NCBI GenBank assembly: GCA_903936775.1
Contig: CAIZWU010000198.1
Location: 48-64,047, forward strand
Source: an uncultured bacterium
Lineage (GTDB): Bacteria; Verrucomicrobiota; Verrucomicrobiia; Verrucomicrobiales; V1-33
Reading direction: 5' to 3'
Length of the DNA: 64,000 bases
Shown: piece after piece, positions 1 through 7,786 of the stretch
Numbering within the stretch: position 1 is the first letter of the stretch
How the letters are laid out: every line of letters starts with the position of its first letter
Translations under genes and position numbers: made by a program
Notes under the pieces: model-generated
Database searches by the model: none
Seen by the model: only the letters and a program-made list of their open reading frames with translations
Told to the model about the DNA's origin: nothing

Positions 1-1
1 T

Positions 2-433
2 TTCCAGGCCTTCCACTTGCTCCCCACTTTTACCGTGGAGGAAAATGTGCAGATTCCAATGTTTGAAGGAAATCTGTCGCGGAGCCAACGGAAGGAACGG
101 GCCGTTGAACTGTTGAATTCGGTAGGGCTCGGACACCGGTTGGGGCATTTTCCCTCCCAGCTTTCCGGGGGGGAGAGGCAGCGTGTCGCCATTGCCCGCA
201 GTCTGGCCAACCGGCCCTCTGTGCTCCTTGCCGACGAGCCGACCGGGAATCTGGATAGCGAAAACGCGGCCTCCGTGCTGGAACTGCTGCTCCAACTGCA
301 CCAGAAACTGGGCATGACCCTCGTTCTCGTCACTCACGACTCCACCATTGCCGAACAGGCGTCCCGTACCATCCGGATGAAGGATGGACGCATCGTCCTG
401 CCTGCCACCCCTGATCCTGCCGCTGTCATATGA
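2..433 (+). CDS. ABC transporter ATP-binding protein, LolD/MacB type (5' end outside window)
   Basis: Frame is open from base 2 (FQAFHLLPTFTVEEN). It contains the signature LSGGERQRVAIAR, Walker B VLLADEPTGNLD and H-loop VTHD. Confidence 0.9.
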   Translation, partial: FQAFHLLPTFTVEENVQIPMFEGNLSRSQRKERAVELLNSVGLGHRLGHFPSQLSGGERQRVAIARSLANRPSVLLADEPTGNLDSENAASVLELLLQLHQKLGMTLVLVTHDSTIAEQASRTIRMKDGRIVLPATPDPAAVI

Positions 434-1545
434 CCTTTTTCACTGTCATCGTGCGCGGCCTGATCCGTCGCCCCGTCCGCACCGGCTTGACTCTGGTGGG
501 TATTTCCATCGGCATCGCCGCCGTCGTGGCCTTGGTCGGCATGGCCTGGGGGTATGAAAAAAGCATCGGCAAACAGCTGGATGTTATTGGTATCGACGTG
601 GTGGTCAGCAACATGAGCGGCGGGCTGATGCCCAAGGTTTTTGATGACTCTCTCCAAGCCAATATCAAGCCGCTGCCGCAGGTCGCAGATACCACTTCCG
701 TGCTGATGCAGATGTTGAGTATCGAGGATGCGCCGATGATGATGGTGTCCGGCCGGGAATGGGGCGGCTTTACTTGGGACAAACTCAAAGTTCTGGAAGG
801 CCGGATGCCGAAGGACGGCACCGAAGAGGTCGTGGTCCTGGGCCGTCTGGCGGCCGAAGTGCTGAAAAAGAAAGTCGGGGATACGGTGCAGATCGAAGCC
901 ACGGAACTGCCGGTGGTGGGAATCGTCGATGGCCAGGCGGTGGTGGAAAATGGGGCTATCCTCTTGTCCTTGCCCGTGCTCCAGGCCGTCACCGGTAATG
1001 AGGGCAAAGTGAATTTCATCGATATCCGGATCACACCCGGGACCACCAAGGATCAGGTGGCCGCGCTCTGCGCGCAGATTAAGGGGATTTTTCCAGAAGG
1101 CCGCGCCATGGTCGCCAGCGAAGTGGTAGGCACCAGCCAGGGTTTCCGGGTGGCGCGGGCCATGAGTTGGAGCACCTCCCTGCTGGCCATTGTGGTGGGC
1201 GTGCTGGGGGTCATGAATACCATGCTCATGACCGTCTTCGAACGTACCCACGAGATCGGTATTCTTCTCGCCGTCGGCTGGAAACGCCGCCGCATCGTGG
1301 CCATGGTGCTTTGGGAGTCGGCTCTGCTGGGCCTGCTCGGTGGCCTGCTCGGTGTTTCATTGGGGGCTCTCGGCTTGAAACTCCTCGAAACTACTCCTGC
1401 TGTGCATGGATTGTTGGAGCCCGATCTCAGCCCCAAACTTCTCCTGACATCCATCGCCATCGCCGTCCTTGTGGGTGTGGTTAGCGGCCTGTATCCGGGG
1501 TGGCGCAGTTCACGGCTCTCCCCCAGCCTGGCCCTCCACGGTTAG
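430..1545 (+). CDS. ABC transporter permease, MacB/FtsX (LolC/E-like) family
   Basis: N-terminal RRPVRTGLTLVGISIGIAAVV TM helix, periplasmic domain, then MNTMLMTVFERTHEIGILLAVGW and three C-terminal TM helices. ATGA overlap with the ATPase gene. Confidence 0.9.
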   Translation: MTFFTVIVRGLIRRPVRTGLTLVGISIGIAAVVALVGMAWGYEKSIGKQLDVIGIDVVVSNMSGGLMPKVFDDSLQANIKPLPQVADTTSVLMQMLSIEDAPMMMVSGREWGGFTWDKLKVLEGRMPKDGTEEVVVLGRLAAEVLKKKVGDTVQIEATELPVVGIVDGQAVVENGAILLSLPVLQAVTGNEGKVNFIDIRITPGTTKDQVAALCAQIKGIFPEGRAMVASEVVGTSQGFRVARAMSWSTSLLAIVVGVLGVMNTMLMTVFERTHEIGILLAVGWKRRRIVAMVLWESALLGLLGGLLGVSLGALGLKLLETTPAVHGLLEPDLSPKLLLTSIAIAVLVGVVSGLYPGWRSSRLSPSLALHG

Positions 1546-1570
1546 CCGGAATCCTGAAATCACCATCCCC

Positions 1571-2386
1571 ATGAAAACCATCCTTCATCCGAATCCCCTG
1601 ACCGTCTGTCAAAGTGCCTTGCTGGCCTTGGCGTTGTTGATTCTGCCTGGTCAGGCGCAGGAGGCTGTTCCCACCGCGCCGGAACTGGCCCGGCGGCTCA
1701 GCACCGCCCTCCAGGACGGATCTTCCGCGGTACGTCTGAAGCTGGAAATGAAGGCCGCCGCCGGGGCTCCGAAATCCGTGCTTCAATTGCAGATCAAGTC
1801 TCGGCGTACCCCGGCCTCCACCGAAGTGTTGTATCAGGTGCTCTGGCCCAAGGAACGCAAAGGGGAATCCTTCCTCCTGCGGAAGTCAGGCCATCAGGCT
1901 GCCAGTGGCACGGTCTTTGTGCCCCCTGCCAACACGCAGAGCCTGTCCGCTTCGCAAATGCAGGAGGGAATCTTCGGCAGTGATCTGGCTTATGAGGACC
2001 TCGTGGACAACTTTTACGGGTGGGAAAGTCAGACTCTGGCGGGAACCGAAACCGTGGACCGGGTGCTTTGCCAGATTCTGGAATCCAAACCAGGAAAAGG
2101 AGAACGCTCCAGTTACGCCAGAGTGCGCAGTTGGATTGATCCGAAAAAAATGGTGCCGCTGCGGATTGAAAAATACGCGGCTTCCGGTCAGGTGGCCAGG
2201 AGGATCGATACCACCCGGGTCTCCAAGGACGATGCCGGCCGCTCCGTCCCATCGACCTTCAGTGTGGTCCGGGGGGGGCAGGCTTCCGTGACCGAGTTGG
2301 AAGGGTCCAACAGCCGTCATGACGTTTCCTTTACCGACGCCGACTTCTCGCCGGAGGCGCTCAAGACCATCACCCCCGCGAAATGA
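1571..2386 (+). CDS. Outer-membrane lipoprotein-sorting (LolA-like) periplasmic protein
   Basis: Signal peptide followed by P-x-x-x-KG-x-x-FL, FGSDLAYED and YARVRSWID motifs typical of the LolA-like sorting family. It follows the permease; ATG at 1571 chosen as start. Confidence 0.7.
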   Translation: MKTILHPNPLTVCQSALLALALLILPGQAQEAVPTAPELARRLSTALQDGSSAVRLKLEMKAAAGAPKSVLQLQIKSRRTPASTEVLYQVLWPKERKGESFLLRKSGHQAASGTVFVPPANTQSLSASQMQEGIFGSDLAYEDLVDNFYGWESQTLAGTETVDRVLCQILESKPGKGERSSYARVRSWIDPKKMVPLRIEKYAASGQVARRIDTTRVSKDDAGRSVPSTFSVVRGGQASVTELEGSNSRHDVSFTDADFSPEALKTITPAK

Positions 2387-2442
2387 TCCCCCCGGTCCTA
2401 TGGATTGTTAAATGCTGGAGGGCTTGGCGGGGAAAGGAACCC

Positions 2443-3045
2443 TCAGCCTTTATTTCTGCCGCTGCTGTTGCTGGAATCGGATTTATTTGAACTGGATTTT
2501 TCGGAGTTGGATTTATTCGAACTCGACTTGTTGGAACTGGACGAACTCTTGGAAGGGCTGCCGGAATACCCACGACGGTCACCTTCCCGGGTTTCGTAAA
2601 CGTTTTTGCTGAGGCTGATGCCACGTTTCTGATACCACTCCTTGCTGTGGTATCCCTCCGGCACATCTCCTCTCGTGCCATCCCGGACTTTCACGAGACG
2701 GATGTCGTCGTCGCTGGAACTCTTGTGGCTGGAGTTGCTGCTCTTGTTCCTGTCGTTGTCGGAAGAGTGGCGCTCATGATCCTCATGATCGTGATTCCGG
2801 TTATCATAATAACGCCCGCCATAGTAGGATGATCCATAATAAGGTCGGGAGTAGCCTCCTCCGTAATACCCGGTGCCGCTGCCGTAATAGGTGGGGCTGC
2901 TCTGATAAGAACTGTAGCCCGGGCCATCGTCATACCCGCCGTAGTTCGGTCCGTATTCTCCCGGAACGCCTTCACAGGAGGGCAGGGCTGCCAGCCCGCT
3001 GGTAGCGAGAATAACACGAAGGAGAGCGTAAGGGGAGATATTCAT
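2443..3045 (-). CDS. Low-complexity Gly/Tyr/Ser-rich putative lipoprotein
   Basis: MNISPYALLRVILATSGLAALPSC gives a lipobox-like Cys, followed by a GY-rich tract, a His/Asp tract and a Ser/Lys/Asn tail. Confidence 0.65.
   Translation of the reverse strand: MNISPYALLRVILATSGLAALPSCEGVPGEYGPNYGGYDDGPGYSSYQSSPTYYGSGTGYYGGGYSRPYYGSSYYGGRYYDNRNHDHEDHERHSSDNDRNKSSNSSHKSSSDDDIRLVKVRDGTRGDVPEGYHSKEWYQKRGISLSKNVYETREGDRRGYSGSPSKSSSSSNKSSSNKSNSEKSSSNKSDSSNSSGRNKG
2480..2539. repeat. Four imperfect 15-bp tandem repeats encoding the SSNKS-type tail
   Basis: GATTTATTTGAACTG / GATTTTTCGGAGTTG / GATTTATTCGAACTC / GACTTGTTGGAACTG. Confidence 0.75.
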
Positions 3046-3113
3046 GGAGGCGTGGACGGGTAAAAGCTGGGGAATATTCAACGGTCTGTGGATGAAAGCG
3101 TCGTCCGGCGGGA

Positions 3114-3737
3114 TCACAGGGTGCCAAAATACCGGTCGCCGGCATCGCCCAGACCAGGAGTGATGAAGGCGTTGGTGGTCAGGCCATCGTCGATCGATGC
3201 CGTAAAAACAGGAATGTCAGGGTGGGCGGCTTGGAATACCGCAATCCCTTCCGGGGTGGCGAGGATGCTGACAAACGCGATGCGGGTGGCTCCGGCTTCC
3301 TTGAGTTTGGTGGCCGCGGCGGCGCCACTGTGGCCGGTGGCCAGCATGGGATCCACCAGCAGCACGTCGGCATCGGCGATGCCCGGGGGCAATTTCAGAA
3401 AGTAGCTCTCCGGGCGCTTGGTCTTCTCATTCCTTGCCATCCCGATGTGGCCAATCAGGGCCTCCGGGAGCAGGGAGAGAATTCCCTGCAGCATGCCCAG
3501 ACCGGCGCGCAGGATAGGCACCACCACCACCGGCCTTGCCAGCACCTGCGAGGTCGCCAAGGCAACCGGAGTGGGGACCATTTCGGTGCGGACTTCGAGG
3601 GAACGGGTCGCTTCAAAAGCCATCAGCATGCCCAACTCATGAACCGCCCGGCGGAAGCTTTCCGGGGGGGTGTCCCGATGCCGCAGCCTGGCAAGACGGT
3701 CCTGCACCACGGGGTGATCGACAACGGTGACTTCCAT
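3114..3737 (-). CDS. upp: Uracil phosphoribosyltransferase
   Basis: VVPILRAGLGM, PRPP-binding LLVDPMLATGHS and C-terminal PGLGDAGDRYFGT. Start at MEVTVVDHP. Confidence 0.96.
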   Translation of the reverse strand: MEVTVVDHPVVQDRLARLRHRDTPPESFRRAVHELGMLMAFEATRSLEVRTEMVPTPVALATSQVLARPVVVVPILRAGLGMLQGILSLLPEALIGHIGMARNEKTKRPESYFLKLPPGIADADVLLVDPMLATGHSGAAAATKLKEAGATRIAFVSILATPEGIAVFQAAHPDIPVFTASIDDGLTTNAFITPGLGDAGDRYFGTL

Positions 3738-3851
3738 AGGCGGCAGCCTAGGCAGACTCCACTCCACTGCCAGTGAATTTCTTTTGAAACGTGGCGGGCC
3801 TGCCAAAGCTTCGCCGTTGAGCGCCTGCTTCATCACTCATAGGAAAATCGA

Positions 3852-4652
3852 ATGCCTGTCCTCTCTGTTTCCCAACTCACCGTCACCCGTCGCGACACCC
3901 GGATTTTGCGTGGGGTGGACTGGACGGTGAATGAGGGCGAGATGTGGACCATCCTGGGTGCCAATGGTTCCGGCAAGACATCCCTGCTGAGCTGTCTTAC
4001 GGGATTCCTCACTCCGGCCGGTGGCACCGTCACCGTATTGGGCGAGACCTACGGCTCGAGCGATTGGACCCAGTTGAAGAAGCGTATCGGTCTGGTCAGC
4101 AGCAGCGTGCGCCAGATGGTGGAGGACACCGAACGTCCCCGCGAAATCATCGGCGGGGGACGTTATGGACAAATCAATTTCTGGGGCCGCCTCACGGCGG
4201 ATGACCAGCGGCAGATTGCCATCATCGCCCGCCAGGTCCGTTGCACGCCGCTGTTGGAGCGGGATTGGGCGGTGCTTTCCCAGGGCGAACGCCAACGCGT
4301 CCTCACCGGCCGCGCCCTTATGGCCAAACCGGAACTGCTGATCCTCGATGAGCCCTGCGCCGGTCTCGACCCCGTGGCCCGCGATCGCTTTGTCCACTTC
4401 ATGCAACGCCTCGCCACGCAAAAGCGGGGCCCCGCCGTGGTGCTGGTGACCCACCACCTGGAGGAAATCCCCCCGGCCTGTACCCACGTGCTGGCCCTGC
4501 ATCGCGGCGCCGTGGCCGCAGCGGGGCCGATCCGGGAGGTCATCACCAATCCGATCATCAGCAAAATCTTCGGAGCACCCGTCAGGGTTTGTTGTCGCGG
4601 CGGAAAGTGGGAATTGACGCTGTCGAAATCGACGGGAAAGGCTGCCTTTTAA
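3852..4652 (+). CDS. ABC ATP-binding protein (ModF/YlmA-like), no adjacent permease
   Basis: Walker A GANGSGKT, variant signature LSQGERQR, LILDEPCAGLD and VTHHLEEI. Confidence 0.85.
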   Translation: MPVLSVSQLTVTRRDTRILRGVDWTVNEGEMWTILGANGSGKTSLLSCLTGFLTPAGGTVTVLGETYGSSDWTQLKKRIGLVSSSVRQMVEDTERPREIIGGGRYGQINFWGRLTADDQRQIAIIARQVRCTPLLERDWAVLSQGERQRVLTGRALMAKPELLILDEPCAGLDPVARDRFVHFMQRLATQKRGPAVVLVTHHLEEIPPACTHVLALHRGAVAAAGPIREVITNPIISKIFGAPVRVCCRGGKWELTLSKSTGKAAF

Positions 4653-4654
4653 CA

Positions 4655-4684
4655 GTAGTCCGGGGGCTCGATGGACCGGACCAC
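4655..4684. repeat. GTAG-led REP-like hairpin between convergent genes (possible bidirectional terminator)
   Basis: GTAGTCCGG ... CCGGACCAC inverted repeat with 1 mismatch, in the 40-bp gap between the ABC ATPase and recD2 stop codons. Confidence 0.45.
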
Positions 4685-4692
4685 CCTACAGC

Positions 4693-6867
4693 TCACCTCA
4701 AGCCGCCTTCCAACCGGTGCCGCAGGCCGCCCCAGCGCTTGGCCGCGCCGACTGTTCTGACAGCCATGCCCAGCGCCTTCGGATCGCCCACCAGGATGAC
4801 CAGACGCCGGCCGCGGGTGACGCCCGTGTAGAGCAGGTTCCTTTGCAGCATCACAAAATGCTGGGTGCTGACCGGGATGATGACGGCGGGGAATTCGCTG
4901 CCCTGACTCTTGTGGATGGTGATGGCGTAGGCGGGGCGCAGTTCGTCCACGTCACCACTTTCGTAAACGGCCTGGCGGCCATCTTCGAATTCCACCAGCA
5001 CTTCCAGGGGATCGGCCTGGATGCCGGTGATGCGGCCGATATCGCCGTTGAAGACGTCCTTGTCGTAATTGTTGCGCGTCTGGATGACTTTGTCGCCCTG
5101 ACGGAAAGTCAGGCCGTAACGTTCGCATTCAGGCTTGGTCCAGTCGCCCGGAGGATTGAGCGCTTCCTGCAACAATTGGTTGATGTTGCCCGTGCCCAGC
5201 AGGCCACGGTTCATCGGGCAGAGCACCTGGATGTCCTGAATGGGATCCATCCGGAAGGCTTGGGGAATGCGCTCCCTGGCCAGATGCACGATCGTTTCCG
5301 CGATGGCCTCCGGGGTGTCGCGTTCGATGAAATGGAAGTCACAGCCTGGAGGAGCCGGTTTGGCCACCCACGGAATTTTCCCTTCATTGATGGAGTGGGC
5401 GGCTTTGATGATGGCGCTTTCCGCCGCCTGACGGAAGACTTCGGTGAGACGGGCCACCGGCAGGGTGCCGCTATCAATCAGATCCTTCAACACGGTGCCT
5501 GGTCCCACGCTGGGAAGCTGGTCGACATCGCCCACCAGCAGTAGGTGCCCGGTTTCCGGGACGGCTCGCAGAAAGGACGCCATGAGGGCCACGTCCACCA
5601 TGCTGGTTTCATCCAACACAAAAAGATCGCCTGTCAGGGGGGTGGAGGCATTCTTTTTGAATCCCTCGCCACCGGGAGCGAATTCCAGCAGGCGGTGGAT
5701 GGTCTTCGCCTCCAATCCGGTGCTGTCCGACATGCGCCGGGCGGCCCGGCCGGTGGGGGCCGCGAGCACCGGCTGCACCCCCTTCGCCGACAGGATGCGC
5801 AGGATGCTTTGCAGAATGGTGGTCTTTCCTACACCGGGGCCGCCCGTGATGATGAGGACGCGCCGGGTCAGGGCCTGACGCACTGCTTCGGCTTGGCCCG
5901 GGGCGAGTTCCTTGCCGGTGTTCCGCTGCACCCAGGTGAGGGCTTTTTCCGCATCCATGGCCGGATAGGCTGCGGGCAGGGCGGCCAGTTTCTGCAGTCG
6001 GCGGGCGATTTCCTCCTCCGCCCGCGCAAGGTGCGGCGGAAAGATCAGCACCTTGTCCTCAATGGTTTCCTGACGCAGTTCCGTGCTGGCCACCGACGCT
6101 GCCAGCACCGTGGTGATCAACTCCACCGGAACGCCCAGCAACTCGGTGGCTTTGGTCAGGAGAATATCATGGGGCAGGGCGGTATGGCCTTCGCTGCCGG
6201 CAGCAAGGAGCAGGTGGAACAATCCCGCCCGCAGCCGGGCCTCGCTGTCCGGCGCGATGCCGGTGCGCTGGGCAATTCCATCGGCGGTCTTGAAGCCGAT
6301 GCCGTGAATGTCCCGGGCCAGTTGATAGGGGTTCTGTGCCACCGTTTCCATGGAGTTCGCCCCATACTGCTGGAAAATCTTGACTGCCTTGCCGGTGCTG
6401 ATGCCGTGACGGTGCAGGAAGACCATGATTTCCCTCACGGATTTCTGCTTCTCCCAGCTCGATTTGATTTCGATCCGCCGCTTCTTGCCCACCCCGGGCA
6501 CTTCCTGGAGGCGGGCGCTGTTCTGCTCGATCACCTCGAAGACTTCTTCCCCGAATTTCTCCACCAGTTTTTTGGCATAGACCGGGCCAATGCCCTCGAT
6601 CAACCCGCTGGCGAGATACTTTTCGATGCCTTCGCGGGAGTTGGGGGCGGTGGTCTCGATCTGCTCCGCTTTGAATTGCCGGCCATACTCCGCCACATTG
6701 ACCCATTCCCCCTCGGCCTTGATGACTTCGCCTTCGTGGATCAGCGGAACCTTGCCGGTTACCGTCACCGGTTCGTGCCGGCCCTTCACCTTCACCTTGA
6801 GCACGGAGTAGCCGGTGTCCTCCGTGTGGAAGGTCACCCGTTCCACCGTGCCGCTAAGTTGATCCAT
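4693..6867 (-). CDS. recD2: ATP-dependent RecD-like DNA helicase RecD2
   Basis: N-terminal OB-like and HhH region (IEGIGPVYA, VPGVGKK), Walker A GGPGVGKTT, DETSM, GDVDQLPSVGPG, AYAITIHKSQGSEF and YTGVTR. Confidence 0.95.
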   Translation of the reverse strand: MDQLSGTVERVTFHTEDTGYSVLKVKVKGRHEPVTVTGKVPLIHEGEVIKAEGEWVNVAEYGRQFKAEQIETTAPNSREGIEKYLASGLIEGIGPVYAKKLVEKFGEEVFEVIEQNSARLQEVPGVGKKRRIEIKSSWEKQKSVREIMVFLHRHGISTGKAVKIFQQYGANSMETVAQNPYQLARDIHGIGFKTADGIAQRTGIAPDSEARLRAGLFHLLLAAGSEGHTALPHDILLTKATELLGVPVELITTVLAASVASTELRQETIEDKVLIFPPHLARAEEEIARRLQKLAALPAAYPAMDAEKALTWVQRNTGKELAPGQAEAVRQALTRRVLIITGGPGVGKTTILQSILRILSAKGVQPVLAAPTGRAARRMSDSTGLEAKTIHRLLEFAPGGEGFKKNASTPLTGDLFVLDETSMVDVALMASFLRAVPETGHLLLVGDVDQLPSVGPGTVLKDLIDSGTLPVARLTEVFRQAAESAIIKAAHSINEGKIPWVAKPAPPGCDFHFIERDTPEAIAETIVHLARERIPQAFRMDPIQDIQVLCPMNRGLLGTGNINQLLQEALNPPGDWTKPECERYGLTFRQGDKVIQTRNNYDKDVFNGDIGRITGIQADPLEVLVEFEDGRQAVYESGDVDELRPAYAITIHKSQGSEFPAVIIPVSTQHFVMLQRNLLYTGVTRGRRLVILVGDPKALGMAVRTVGAAKRWGGLRHRLEGGLR

Positions 6868-6962
6868 CCCGTAAGTTATAAAGAAACTGTGGGGCTGTCA
6901 CGCGGTTCGTGCAGAAGAAAATCCTGCCTCGCAATCGCGCCCGTGGCGCCTAGAATCAACGA

Positions 6963-7769
6963 ATGTCCGGAGACGCATCCCCTCAAAATCAACCGCCGCA
7001 GGTGCTGGCGGGAGGGCCGGTGTTGATTTTTGACTGGCGTCCGGTGCGGTGGCGGAAGACCCGCCTGATGGTGGCTCTGGCGGTGGCCGCAGCGGGACAT
7101 TTGCTGGTTTTTTACCTGTTTCAGGTGGTCACGGAATCCAGTTCGCGGCAGGCTCCTCCAGTGCGTGAGGTGACAATTTTATCCGGAATGGAGGATTCCT
7201 CCCGCCGCCTGCTGGAAGCGGTGGAGGATCGGCTTCCGGCCTTGAGTGCGCCTGCTCCGCTGGAGGATTCCGGCGCCGGGGCCCTCGCGCTGCTGGTAAA
7301 AGGTTACGTCCCGACTTGGCAGGATCACCGCCCCACCCTCAAACCGCTGCCGGGACAGCACGGGACCGGGGCGCTCCCCTCCCTGATGGCCGGGGCCACG
7401 GGAATGCTGCCGCCCTTGCCGGTGTCCCCTGATGGCCCTCCGGTAAAAACTCCCCGGGCCACCGGACCGGTGCTGCGTCCGGAGCCGGTGCTCGCTATTC
7501 AATCCGGCCTGATGGACCGGGCCTTGTTATCCACTCCGGTCTGGCCGGCGGTGGTGACCTCCAAGGATTGGCCGGAAGAGGGTCCTGCCTCCTTCATGCT
7601 GAGTGTCGAGCCGTCCGGGATGGTCTCGTCCTGTTTGTCTCTGGGAACGTCTACCGGACTCGATGAGGAAGAAGTGGAGGAATTGCGCCGCGTCCTGCTG
7701 AAATTGCGTTTCGCCCCGGCGGCCACCTCCGATCAGGCAGTATGGGGCTGGGTCGATGTGCTGTGGTGA
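6963..7769 (+). CDS. Hypothetical membrane-anchored protein with Pro-rich linker and TonB-C-like C-terminus
   Basis: Single TM helix (LMVALAVAAAGHLLVFYLF), Pro-rich middle, then LSVEPSGMVSSC and LRFAPA, resembling a TonB C-terminal domain. Confidence 0.55.
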   Translation: MSGDASPQNQPPQVLAGGPVLIFDWRPVRWRKTRLMVALAVAAAGHLLVFYLFQVVTESSSRQAPPVREVTILSGMEDSSRRLLEAVEDRLPALSAPAPLEDSGAGALALLVKGYVPTWQDHRPTLKPLPGQHGTGALPSLMAGATGMLPPLPVSPDGPPVKTPRATGPVLRPEPVLAIQSGLMDRALLSTPVWPAVVTSKDWPEEGPASFMLSVEPSGMVSSCLSLGTSTGLDEEEVEELRRVLLKLRFAPAATSDQAVWGWVDVLW

Positions 7770-7786
7770 AGGCCACCTGAGTCGCG

